64,000 nt of DNA, taken from positions 2,728,001 through 2,792,000 of the forward strand of contig OZ218963.1 in NCBI GenBank assembly GCA_965112735.1, in the 5' to 3' direction. The notes below the pieces were generated by a model. That model was not told where the DNA came from, did not search any database, and saw only the letters and a list, made by a program, of their open reading frames with translations. How positions within the stretch are numbered: position 1 is the stretch's first letter; the number at the start of each line of letters is the position of its first letter. Positions 8,250-20,501 of this stretch are shown one piece after another. Source of the stretch: Phaeosaccion multiseriatum. Its lineage: Eukaryota > Protista > Ochrophyta, other classes. The translations under genes were made by a program, and so were the position numbers.

Positions 8250-11184
8250 CCTTCAACTCTCCCTCCGCCTCCGGCACCACCCGCGCCGTCACCGTCGCCT
8301 GCTGCGGCTGCTGCGATGGTCGCGGTCGTCGCACTCACCGCGTCCACCGTCGCTGCACCCACCACGCCCGCTGCCTCGACAGCGGCAGGGATGTCCCACG
8401 CCACACCTTGGGTTTGCCACTGCTGCTGGGCCGCTGTGGGGGTTACCATGGTGTAGTAGCCGCCGGTATCCGCAGCGATGGCACTCCACGTCTTCTCGAT
8501 CATTACCGCTCGAGGTAGCGAGAGCTTGCCACGGCGCCGCGCCGCCGCTGGCCGATAGCGCGCCCTGAACTGCTCCACCTCTGCCATGAGCTCCGTCCAG
8601 GTCCACTGGGGGTGGCGGTAAGACAGAAGAATCAGATCAATCATCTCCACTGACTTAGCGGTCGCTGAGAAAATGAAAAGTGGGCTGGCGTGCTCCCGAT
8701 CGGCCCAATACCCCACCCCAGCAGAGACGAACTGCCCTGCTTGCATTTCAGCGCGCGTCACACCCGACACCCCGCTATCCACTGCGCTCACTTCCACCGC
8801 CGATGGCACCGGAACGGCACAAGCCCGCATCTGCGGCAGCAACTGTAGTAATGCTGCCACATCGTCGAAAGCATAGCTGAGCTGAGCCGCAGTGAGCTCC
8901 CGCTGAGTCCAGTCAGTCTTCTGCTCCTCCTTGCTCATAAAACGCTGCAGGAACATACTAACCAGGCCCGCTAAGCCAATGGGACGGCAGTGCTCTGGCC
9001 ACACCTCCTTGAATAGATGCGTCGTGTCGACCAAGTTGGCGATGGCCCACACATGTGGCGCCAACGCCGGCCACTTCCCTAGTGCACGCTGGTCGTGACG
9101 CCAGTGATGCGCCAGCTTCATGATTCCCCCGTCGCCCCACAGCTCACTCAGCACCGCCACCAGAGCCTCCATCCCACCATTGCCACTCAAACTGTCCAAA
9201 TACACCCAGAACCCACAATCACGCTCCGAATTGGCGACGCCGCTATACTGGACACCCAATTGCAGCAGCGACGCCGGACGAGGAGGGGTGCGTATAGCCC
9301 ACTCCGAGTCCATGGCCACCACTGTCGCCTCCCGCAGTGCCGCCCGCATGGCCCATACCTGCTCCTCCGTGCGTATGTACGTGCACCGAGCTGCTGGCAC
9401 GTGACTGCGAAACGGCGGCAGCTGAGACCACTCCTCTATCACCCGTTTCTTCTCGTTGATGTGGGACAGGGTCACTGGAGCCCAACCACATTGCCGCATC
9501 TGCTCCACGTGCTGCACCCGAGCCGAACCTAAGCCGTCTGGCGTCTCGACCGCCACACTGTCCACGCACATCGCCTCCAAACCTGCCGACGCCTGCTGTC
9601 GCGCCGTGACAGGCGAGAGTCCCTCCAAAGGCACTGACTGAGCCGCCACCGCCTCCCCTTGCAACTGCTGCACAGCTGCAACAAACCGCAGAACAGCCCC
9701 CTCCACCTGATCCTCCCACTCTAACGCGAGTGTGTCACCTACCACATCCACCAACGCCACCTCCACTCCCACCGCATCACACCACTCAGTCACTGGCAAG
9801 GGGTCGCGTGACAAGCAGTCAGGCACCACAAGCTCCCGCCCTGGCTTGTGGACAAACTTGAGATGATGCGCAGAGAGCCGTTCATACCATCGAAAGAGCT
9901 TTGAGTTGGTGTCTTTTTGTGTCGCCAGCCACAGCAAGGGTTGGTGGTCCGTCACCACAGTGCAGGGAGGCAAATGTACATGCTCAATTTGCGCACACAC
10001 CAAACCACCGCCAAGAGCTCGAGCTCCGTACTGCCGAGCCGAGCCTCCGTAGGGGTAGTGGCACGACTGATGAACGTAACGACTCGCTCCACCCCTTCGG
10101 CATCCCGCTGCGATAGCACACCCCCTAAGCCGTCTGCTGAAGCGTCGGTGCTCAGCGTGAACACCGATTCCGAGCCGCAGTGAGGGAAGGCCAACGCTGG
10201 AGAGCGGAGCAGGTCCTCGATGAGCCCCTCCCACGCCGCGTCATGCTTCGGCCCCCACGCTGACCGCACGTCCACCCCTTTGCGCAAGAGCTCATTGAGC
10301 GGCCGCACCTTCATGGCAAACGCCGGAATGAATTTGCGGAAGTAGCTGAGCATGCCTACAAAACGCCTGACCTGTCGCACCTGATTGCTTGGCTGCGCGG
10401 TGGGCTTGGCTAGCGCTCGCACTGCTGCATACTTGGCTGGATCGGCCCGCACCCCCTCACTATCCACCAAATGCCCGCAGAAGCGCACCTGTGGTGCCCC
10501 CAACACCACCTTGCTCGGCGCCAGCTTGAGCTTGTGCTGCACCATCCTGCCGAGAACTTGGTCTAACTGGCCAATGTGCTGATCCACCGTGGCGGAGAAG
10601 ACCGCAATGTCGTCCACAAAGCACGCCACAAACGCCTGCAGGCCCTGCAAAACCGTGTTCATAAGGCGTACGAACGTGGCGGGTGCATTCTTCGCTCCCT
10701 GTGGCATGACCCGCCAGGCGTACGTGCCACTGTGACAGACAAAGGTAGAGATGTCCTCGTCCTCCGTGGTGGCCATCGGCACGTTGAAGTAGCCGGACAT
10801 GATGTCCATCACCGAAAAGACCGTAGACCCCTGCATCTCCGCCAGCAAATCATCCACCACTGGCATGGCGGGCGCCTCCGTGCGGCACGCGTCATTGAGC
10901 TGTGACAGGTCACACGTCATCCGCACAATCGGAGTGCCGTCCTCGTGGCACTTGGTGTTGCCGTGCTCGTCCGTCTTCAACACGGCCATGAGAGGAGTGG
11001 CCCAGGCTGCTGTGCTGGGCCGGATGATCTCTGCCGCTAACATCTTGTTCAACTCAATCTCAATACCGCGGCGGACCGGAGGAGGGTAGCGCCGTGCCGC
11101 ACTCCGAATTGGCGGCTGCTTCGGGTCCAACAACGGAACACCAAACCGTCCCGAATCAGTGCGCGGCGTAGTAGTCGCTCCCAT
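8250..11184 (-). pseudogene. Family D pol: RT, RNase H, DEDDy exonuclease and unknown domain (frameshift near 9970)
   Basis: MPQGAKNAPATF, CFVDD, TDASADG, PDCLSR; AMDSEW, HDQRAL, DWTQRELT..QLSYAFDD. Confidence 0.92.
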
Positions 11185-14100
11185 CCACGCAGAATGCCGC
11201 TACTACTCGCTGCTTCAACACCACCACCAAGCCCCACCGCTGCGCTTCTGTCCAACCTTCATCACCGATGGTCATAGCGTGCATGTGCTGGGGCAGCTGC
11301 GCCTGGTAGAATGTGGCACGTGCCACTGCTGCTTGCGCCCGTCGCCGCTGCTGCTGCACACATTCACCACCTGCCAATCCTCCAACCTCCGCCCGCAGGA
11401 CACGACACTGCCACAATAGTCGCCGAATGGTGAGGAATAACTGCAGTGCTGCGTTCAGCTCCGTCTCCACACCGGCCTGCTTCAGCAACGAGTGACTGCT
11501 CCACATGGACAAGAGTTGCTCCAACCACCGGGCCACCACCACATCATCGACACCCTCGAGTCCCCCTTGCGTCTGCTGCACGTGTGGGCGTAAGAGCAGG
11601 AGAGCCGTAACTGCACCCACCTCCGCAGCCGCCAAGCACGTACGGAGCCGCTCCTGCCCACTCGCTGCAAGGCACGGCGCCCACTCACGCAGGATCAAGC
11701 TGTGAGCGGCCTCCCGTGTGCCCGCCTGCCGTCCATCACCCGTGCCACCAAGCGTCAAGGCACCATGCTCGTCGATAGCCCAGGTCGGGCCGTGCAGGCT
11801 GCCCGCCGTAGCCTCAACCTGCTGCCCCATCGCCACGTCATCCTGCAAGGTATGCAGAGTGGCCTGTGGAGACACCGTGGGTGGCACCACCTCCACCGCC
11901 CCAGTCACAGCGTCGCCAATTGAGGGCCCCCCGTCCACCGCTGCCACACAGACCTCGGACACGCACAGGGAAGGGGCACCTCCTCCTCCTCCTCCTCCTC
12001 CTCCTCCTCCTCCTCCTCCGCCTCCTCCTCCTCCTCCGCCGCCGCCTCCTCCGCCTCCTCCTCCTCCGCCTCCTCCTCCTCCTCCTCCTCCTCCTCCTCC
12101 TCCTCCTCCTCCTCCTCCTCCTCCTCCTCCTCCTCCTCCTCCTCCTCCTCCTCCTCCTCCTCCTCCTCCTCCTCCTCCTCCTCCTCCTCCTCCTCCTCCT
12201 CCTCCTCCTCCTCCTCCTCCTCCGCCGCCTCCTCCGCCTCCTCCTCCTCCGCCTCCTCCTCCTCCTCCGCCTCCTCCTCCTCCTCCACCACCACCACCTG
12301 TGCCTCCTCCAGCGGCGGCTGCGGCCGCCACGGCCCGTGCGTGTCGAGCCAAGATGCTAGGACCAGCAGTAAAAGGCCCCTCCACTGAGAGTGAGACGTG
12401 CCGCCGCGCTACCCGTAGACGCCGACCGAGCCCCAGCCGAGCAGGCCTGCATGGCCTGTGTTTGCCCGACTCCCTCGTCACGGGCCGCACTGCCTGCACG
12501 ACCGGAGCACGGACGGCTCCCAGAGCCACGGGCCCCAGCGGCACCGGGCGGAAAACATCCTCAGGCCCATCGACCAGATCGGAGGCCACTGCCTCGCGTC
12601 CCCAGCGCTCACGCAAAGCCACAGCCGCGAGCCACGCCTGTCGGGGCGCTCCGTCGTTGCCTCCTCCTCCTCCACCGTCGCCGCCTCCGCCATCTCCTCC
12701 TCCTCCTCCTCCTCCGTCTCCTCCAGCGCCACCTCCACCTGCGCCGCCTTCGCCATCTCCTTCTTCTACTCCTCCTCCTCCTCCGTCCCCGCCAGCGCCG
12801 CCTCCGCCGTCGCCGCCTCCTCCATCTCCTCCTCCTCCTCCGCCGGCTCCCCCAGCGCCACCTGAAGGCCACAAGGCAGCCACTCCACCGGTGCCTCCTC
12901 CTACTCCTGTGCCTGCGACGGCCGCTGCTGCACTTCCTCCACCGACACCACCACCACGCTCCTCGCCACCGACCACAGCACGAGACGCACCCCAGCGTGC
13001 CCAGCGACGCGGGAGCGAACGAAGGCCCCCGGCCGGCGTGCAAGGCGCAACAAGAGGAGCCGGCTCACATAACGCCACCTCCACCGCTGCTCGCCGATCC
13101 TCCTCCGCCAGCAGATACGTGCCCACGCCCACAGCCTGCCCAGGGACCACGACTATCGTCTCGTTGTGCTGATTGTGTATACCGATGCTCCACTGCTGCG
13201 TGGCACCGACCACGCACGCCGCACGACTCACCAGGACTTGCTCGTGGTTCAGCCACCACAACGCCTCCTGCTGCGCCTGCAACTGCCCGTGGGCACCCAA
13301 CTCCACACTGAGACGCCCTCCTGCGACACCCCCGTCCACCTCCAGCACGAGCGCGGCCTTGCCGCCCGGGGCGAGGCGAAGTGCCTCAGTCGCCAGCACC
13401 TGACACTCCCCCAAGCTGACAGCGGCCACGGCGATGGTGTCGTCGACCTCCGACCGCGGCTCCGACGACGGAGAACTCGCCTCCGTGGGGTGCACGTACA
13501 GCTGATGAACCTTGTGGTCAGTAACCGCCCCCACCATTGTGAGCACGTCTTGGCCAAAGATCAAGGGACGGGCGAGGTGCTCCACTACCCACATGGCCAC
13601 CACCGGCTGACACGTAGGCGTGAGGGCGATTTGCACCCACACCCGACCGAGCGAGGCTGAAGTAGCGGCCTGAGTCGTGGCGTACCGAACTGCCACTCGC
13701 TCCTCCGCCAAGTCCCGCACCTGAAAGACCCCTGCGGCGACGCCACGATCAAAGGTCGCACGTGAGGCACACGTGTGAGTGGCGCCGGTGTCCACCAAGG
13801 CCTGTACCGTGAGCGACACCGGAGCCCGTGACGGATGCTCGCGCAATTGAAGGGCAGACTGAAGCACCACCGATACCGTATGCCCACGCGGATTGACCGC
13901 CACCCCGGTACGCCCTGTCTGCTTAATCGCCAGAGTCATCTCAATCTGCTTCCGCCTCGCCTCCCGCCGCAGATACGCTGCCCCTGTATCGTCAGTAACT
14001 GAGAGCGCCGCCATCTCCACCCTCGCTCGCTGCACGCACACCTCGCAGGGCTCCCGCTCCGCACTCAGAGAGCACCCACTGACGCACTCCCTCTCCACCG

Positions 14101-15589
14101 GGTCTGCAGCTGGTGCCAGGAGCGCGGCTGCTCGACACGCCTTCGCCGTCGGAGACAATGCAGGAAGAGCACCACTACACTCCGGCAGCAGGGTGACGTG
14201 CTCCGCGAGCAGCGCGTCGAAATCATCGCAATCGTCGACCAGCAGAGCAGAACCCCCTGCCGGCGCGACTGAAGGCCCAGCCCCCACCCCCGAAGGCACG
14301 CGACGGCCAGCCGGCGGAATCACAAACGTTTCGGCCGCCCACGTCAGCACCCGCGCGTGCGCGGCCGCGCACTCTGCCGCCCAGCGCTGTGCAGCTTGCG
14401 TAGCTGTCTGTGCGTCGCTGATCACCCACTCCTGCGCCGCCCACACCCACTCACGAAGCAGGCTGGGGTCACGGAGAGACTGTTCCCATGGAGGGACCCC
14501 GAGCGGCAGAGCCATGACCCCCCGGGGCACGCCAGCGGCCGCAGACGCAGGGCAGCGGAACACATGCCCTTCACGCCACCGCCGCATGACCACAACCTGT
14601 CGGGCCCTCCAGACCCGCCGCTGTGCCTCCGCCGTCGCCCCCACCAGCCCGCATGCCGGCCCCTGTGCAGCGGCCTCAACCTCTGCCTGCAGCTCAGCCC
14701 CAAAGAGCGCTGCTGCTATTGTTGCATCGGCTGCTGCAACAGTCTGTCGAGCCTCGTTCCCGTTGTCCGCCACCGTCTCCGTCTGCTCCTCCTTAGCCTC
14801 CTCCGCCTCTTCCTCCGCCTCCAGCGCCTCCGACATTGGTTTCTCCTCCGCCTTCGCCTCCTCCTGCCCCTCCGGTGCCTCCGCCGTCACTGCGGCAGCT
14901 GCCTCCTCCGCCTCCTCCTCCGCCTCCTCCTCCTCCTCCGCCTCCTCCTCCTCCTCCTCCTCCTCCTCCTCCTCCTCCTCCTCCTCCTCCTCCAGCGCCG
15001 CCGACATCGGTTTCTCCTCCGCCTGCGCCTCCTCCTGCCCCTCCTGTGCCTCCGCCGTTACTGCGGCAGCTGCCTCCTCCTCCTCCTCCTCCTCCTCCTC
15101 CTCCTCCTCCTCCTCCGCCTCCTCCTCCAACGCCTCCGCCATCTGATTCTCCTCCGCCTTCGCCTCCTCCGTCCCCTCCTGTGCATCCGCCATGACTGCG
15201 GCCGCCTCCGCCTCCTCCTGCTCCTCCGCCTCCTCGTCCACCTCCGCCTCCTCCGCCTCTGCCTCCGCCTCCACCGCCACCAACGTGAGCGTGGCAGCCC
15301 CCAACCCGCCAACGGCCGCACCCTCGACTGCACCCCTAGCGGCTGGGAGCCCCACGTCACAACGTAGGAACGTGGCCGCCCGAGCCCGTGCGGCGTCAGC
15401 TGTTGCGCGCAGCGTGAGCGCTTGCTGCTTCCGCCGCCCTATGCGCAGCATATGATTCGGAAGGCGTGGCTCACGGCAAGCTCGCTGCCGCCACAACGGC
15501 ATGCCCCCTACCGCACCCCACACCGCCGCCTCCTCCTCCTCCTCCTTCGCCTTCTCCGCCTTCTGCTCCACCCCATCACCGTCAACCAA
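11156..15589 (-). pseudogene. Family D pol N-terminus: acidic repeats, aspartic protease, dUTPase-like segment
   Basis: ALVDTGATH...LIFGQD protease motifs; poly-E/poly-G tracts; frameshifted relative to RT. Confidence 0.8.
11980..12290. repeat. (CCT)n/(GGA)n trinucleotide expansion within D pol
   Basis: About 100 CCT units with CCG interruptions. Confidence 0.95.
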
Positions 15590-16285
15590 CCCCTACCGCT
15601 GTCAACGGGCCTACCGCTGTCAACTGTGTGAATCTCGCCCCTCGGGGAGGGAGGAAGTGTTGCTAGCAAGCTGAAGGAAGACGATACACAAGCTCGATGA
15701 GGTGTTACATTATGTGATTTGTTACCCTCTCTAACTCCCGTATCCACTTCCCTACTACTTGCCGTTACCACCCCCCCCCGCCCCAGGGCTCCGGCCCCCG
15801 CTGCTACCGACTCTGTAGCGGCGGGGCATCGTCACAACAGACCACCCGCTTCCTCTGCCTGCACGCCCCTAACCATCTCGGAGATGGAGTCGAAATCCGG
15901 GTCCTCCGCCAGCTTCCGCTTCAATTGCTTCATCAACGCGCGCTTCAGGCCCGTGGTCGGGGGCACCACATTACACCCAAAACGGAAGTGCCCTGTTTGA
16001 CCACACCCATAGCAGCGATCCCCCGGCGCGTGCAGAGCCGGCACCACGGCCCCCACAGTCTGCGGGGGGGCACCCGATGCCGCCATGGAGGTGGTAGCGG
16101 CAGCAGAAGCCGGCAGATCCACGGCGTTGATGTCCATGCTCTCCCTCCTAGGCCTGCCACCCCCACCGCCACCACCACCACCGCCACTACCGCCACCCCC
16201 GCTACGACCCCCACGGCCGCGCACCGACAACTTGCTGTGATCCATGATCACCTGCTCGAACTCCTGTGGGCACTTCCGCTCCAAC

Positions 16286-18008
16286 TGTTGAAAGTCAGTA
16301 TTATGTCAATGGCCCAGGCCCAGGCAAATACGGTGAGAAACGGTGCGTGGCCCGTTTCTCACTCACCTCCCAGCAGGTTGGTCGTTTAGGATGGCTCACG
16401 GATAAAGCTAATAGAGACAAGGCTGGCTGCCAGGCTGGCTTTGGGGTTGCTATTACCTTATCCATGCGGCTACTCCTATCCTAGGTGGAGAGCAACGTGA
16501 CTCTTTACAACCCCAAAGAATCCCGAAGGCAGCTGACCTTGGCCAAGAGGCTCAGGCAGCAGCTCGGTAGCTTTGAGTTTGCCGGGAGCGGTGCCTTACA
16601 GCGGGCACGGCTTTCGAGTGTGGCAGCTGCACGGATGTTGCTGTTACACGGAAAATGCTGCTGGAGCTTGGTGGGCAGTGGAGATGGAGAATTGCCGGGA
16701 GCGGTGCCTTACAGCGGGCACGGCTTTCGAGTGTGGCAGCAGCACGGATGTTGCTGTTACACGGAAATTGCTGCTGGAGCTTGGTGGGCCGTGGAGATAG
16801 AGAATTGCCGGGAGTGGTGCCTTAGACAGCGGGCATGGCTTTCGAGTGTGGCAGCTGCACGGATGTTGCTGTTACACGGAAATTGCTGCTGGAGCTTGGT
16901 GGGCCGTGGAGACAGAGAACTGCCGGGAGTGGTGCCTTAGACAGCGGGCATGGCTTTCGAGTGTGGCAGCAGCACGGATGTTGCTGTTGCACGGAAATTG
17001 CTGCTGGAGCTTGGTGGGCCGTGGAGATAGAGAATTGCCGAGAGCGGTGCCCTACAGCGGGCACGGCTTTCGAGTGTGGCAGCAGCGCGGCTGTTGCTGT
17101 TGCACGGAGTTTGGCGGGAGACAGAGAAGGATACTCGCAAGGCTGCTTTAGGGACTGTCTGGGTGCCTTGTAGGCACACCAGTAAACACTTGAGCAGTCA
17201 GCATTAGTGGTGCGCAACGAGGCTTTGGCAACGCTGGTGGCGAGTAGGAGTGGAGATAGAGAATTGCGCGGGTGAGTTTGAGTCATGGGATGTTCTCATC
17301 CGTGAGCTTGTGTGGGTGAGTTTGAGTCGTGGGGTTTTCTCACCAATACAGGAGGGTGTGTGTTGGAGGAGCGGTCGCACACACCTGGGTGAGTTTTGCA
17401 TATTTCTCATCCGTTTTTATTGGAAGCAACATGGAGGCTTTTGCTACAAGTCGAGCTTTAGTAGGCGAACCCGCTTTGAGTTGCGTGGGGACACGCAATA
17501 GTTTAGTTCAGGGGGATGTTAGAAGTGCAGGGATGGCTGACGGGGATGTTGAAAATCAGTATTATGTCAATGGCCCAGGCCCAGGCAAATACGGTGAGAA
17601 ACGGTGCGTGGCCCGTTTCTCACTCACCTCCCAGCAGGTTGGTCGTTTAGGATGGCTCACGGATAAAGCTAATAGAGACAAGGCTGGCTGCCAGGCTGGC
17701 TTTGGGGTTGCTATTACCTTATCCATGCGGCTACTCCTATCCTAGGTGGAGAGCAACGTGACTCTTTACAGTTTCCCACAAAACTGTAAAGAGTCACGTT
17801 GCTCTCCACCTAGGATAGGAGTAGCCGCATGGATAAGGTAATAGCAACCCCAAAGCCAGCCTGGCAGCCAGCCTTGTCTCTATTAGCTTTATCCGTGAGC
17901 CATCCTAAACGACCAACCTGCTGGGAGGTGAGTGAGAAACGGGCCACGCACCGTTTCTCACCGTATTTGCCTGGGCCTGGGCCATTGACATAATACTGAC
18001 TTTCAACA
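16286..18008 (+). mobile_element. Non-autonomous LTR element B1 (LTR-internal-LTR-spacer-inverted LTR)
   Basis: 224-bp LTRs at 16286-16509 and 17547-17770, inverted copy at 17785-18008; CAAC TSD; no recognisable coding domain. Confidence 0.92.
16581..17125. repeat. ~114-bp minisatellite inside B1 (4 units plus a partial)
   Basis: Repeated gccgggag..ggctttcgagtgtggcagc..ggagaatt; B2 has 2 units plus a partial. Confidence 0.9.
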
Positions 18009-18704
18009 CAACATAGTCCCCAAGGCCGCCCAGGAATGCTGGTGCGTCACCGCCATGTTCACCTCCTGTAGGATGGAGTTGGTGAGCGACGTCTGACTGA
18101 TGCCCCTGCGCCGATGCATGGCTTGGGCCTCCAGAACCGCCATCCCCTCCTGATCCACGATGGCGGCCAGAGCCTCGCCGCCGACCTGCGCCAACAAGGC
18201 CCTTAGACCGTTAACCTGATACACCCCAGTCACCAGCTTGAGATTGGACTCCATGCAGCCCGTCAACTCGGACGTCACCAGGCTCCGTACCACCGGGGCT
18301 CTCTGCAGCTCGACCTTATGAAAGAACCGGAATAGCGCCCTCACGGCCGCGTGGTAGAAGCGCGGAGTGTCAGGTGCAGACAACTCCAAACGAACCTCGG
18401 TGTAGAAGTTACTCCGCTCCATCACCGCGAAACCCTCAGCCATGAGACGCTGCACCTCCACCTCCTGCTCTTCCTTCACCACCCCGTGCCGCATGTAGCC
18501 CCAGGACTCCTGCTGCTGCATCCACTCGGAGACGACCTCCAACGTGCCCCGGTGCGTCATGTCCCAGGTGAGCGTGGGCATGAGAGAGAGTTCAGCGGGC
18601 AAGCTCCGAATCGTCTGCACCCCCCCCCCCAGCACAGGGCCACCGGTCGGCAAGGCTTGGAGATGCAAACTGGACATCTGCTGCTGCAGCCCCAACATCT
18701 GAGT

Positions 18705-18905
18705 TGTAAAAGCGACTTAAGTCGCTTAGACAAGTGGTAACACTCGATATATTATACGGGATGGAACCCGTTTGCAAGCCCTGCTGCTAGGCTCTCCTTA
18801 TACCAAGATCACCTTTTCTGACGTCCTCTTACCCTCAGAATCTACGTAATATAGGATACGCCGACCATTGACTTATGGTCCTTCTCACTCTGAGGCCTTC
18901 CAACA
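18705..18905 (-). repeat. Family D 5' LTR
   Basis: Near-identical to 5225-5425. Confidence 0.93.
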
Positions 18906-20498
18906 CTTACTCGGCTCCAACTTGAGCTTGTGCTCCACCAACCGCGCAAGCACAGCATCCAAATGCTCCAGATGCTGCTCAACCGTAGCCGAAAACACAG
19001 CAATATCGTCCACAAAGCATGCCACATGCTCCTGAAGCCCCTTGAGCACCTTATTCATAAGCCGCACAAAGACTGCAGGCGCATTCTTCGCGCCCTGCGG
19101 CATCACTCGCCAAGCGTAAGTACCACTGTGGCACACAAAGGTGGATATGTCCTCTTCCGCTGCTGATGCCATCGGCGCATTGAAGTAGCCCGACATGATG
19201 TCCATCACCGAGAACACCTTGGAGCCGTGCATCTCTGCCAGCAGACCATCAATCACCGGCATCGCAGGGGCCTCCGTGCGACACGCATCATTCAGCTGAG
19301 ACAAGTCACACGTCATACGTACCACAGGCGTCCCATCCTCATGACACTTGGTTTTGCCAGCTGCGTCCGTCTTCAAGACCGCCATCAGCGGAGTGGCCCA
19401 GCTGGAAGTGCTGGGGCGAATGATGGCAGCCGCGAGAAGCTTGTCAATCTCAATCTCAATCCCCCGCCGCAAATGAGGAGGATACCGTCGAGCGGAGCTC
19501 CGAATGGGCTGCTGATTCGCATCCTTCAGTCCCCACTCAAAGAAGAGAGTATCCGTCCGACCGTAGTCACCAGGCCTCTGACAGAATGCTTGCGACCGAG
19601 CGCGAAGGATCGCCACCAGTCCCCAGCGTTGCACCTCCGTCCAGGCACCGTCGCCAATCGTGATAGCGTGCAGGGGCGACGGTAGCTCCCTGAGCCAGAA
19701 CTGAGCCCGCTCCGTAGTGAGCTTGGCACGGCGCCGCTGCTCCACCACAAGCTCTCCTGCATCCCACGACTCCACTCCACCACCAAGACAGCGACTCTCC
19801 TGCAGCACCGCTCGCAATTGGATAAGGAGCAGCAGCGCATTGGTCATATCCTGCTCCACCTTCTCCTGCTGCTGTAATGGGCGACTAGACCACAACGACA
19901 AGAGCTGTTGGGCCCATGCTGCCACAGCAACGTCCCCAACGCCGCTCAGACCCGTGCCAGCGGCTTGGTGTACATGGGGGCGCAGGAGCAGTAGCGCGGT
20001 CACAGCCCCTTCCTCCGCCGCAACCAAGCACTCGCGCAGACGTCCATACACTCGCTCTGACAGGTGAGGATACCACTCCTTGATCAACTGCACTCCTGCC
20101 ATCAGAGTCCCACCAGACGTGTCACTCTGACTACCGAGTCGCAAGGCACCATCCGCATGCAGTACCCACCCATCACCGCGTAGGTCAGTCAATGATGTGC
20201 CCACAGCCGCCGACGATGAACCTGCCTCGGACCGTAGTGGCGGTTCCTCCGACGCCACTGACGACGCCGCCCGTGTCGCAGGCCTGCTGGTGGAATCATC
20301 AGCCACCGCCACGTGGTGGACCTGCAGCTGGCCTGTACGAGGCGGTCGGAGCTCCTGCAACTGTGTCTGACGGCGTCGCGCTACCGCCGCCGGAGCCACC
20401 TGCTGCTGCACCACATTGGACCGCTGAACCTGCTGAGCTGCCGACGAATCCGCTCGCTTAAAGAGCTCTTCCCGCTGGGCCTTGTGCCGTCGCTGCAA
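18906..20498 (-). pseudogene. A1 pol: RT fingers/palm
   Basis: SSWATPL, MPQGAKNAPAVF, CFVDDIAVFS. Confidence 0.92.
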
Positions 20499-20501
20499 TG
20501 C

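Larger units (their letters stand above)
15832..18698 (-). pseudogene. Family D gag, split by insertion B1
   Basis: ORFs 18003-18698 and 15832-16284 rejoin as GTML-ERKC; zinc knuckle CYGCGQTGHFRFGC. Confidence 0.85.
5225..18905 (-). mobile_element. Ty3/Gypsy chromovirus, family D, nested in the RT of A1
   Basis: 201-bp LTRs at 5225-5425 and 18705-18905 with 3 differences; CTTA TSD (5221-5224 / 18906-18909); removal restores the A1 RT sequence KLEPSK-AVLGAPEV. Confidence 0.95.

Noticed and set aside
11718-13172. Poly-Pro, poly-Leu and poly-Ser ORFs on the plus strand as extensin-like genes
   Set aside because: They are antisense shadows of stop-free trinucleotide tracts inside D pol
16266-17745. 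Short ORFs inside element B as real genes
   Set aside because: They run through LTR and minisatellite sequence in several frames, with no domain signature and differing frames between B1 and B2
16286-18008. DIRS/tyrosine-recombinase element, suggested by the inverted LTR
   Set aside because: No tyrosine recombinase seen; 4-bp TSD and TG..CA ends point to a DDE integrase
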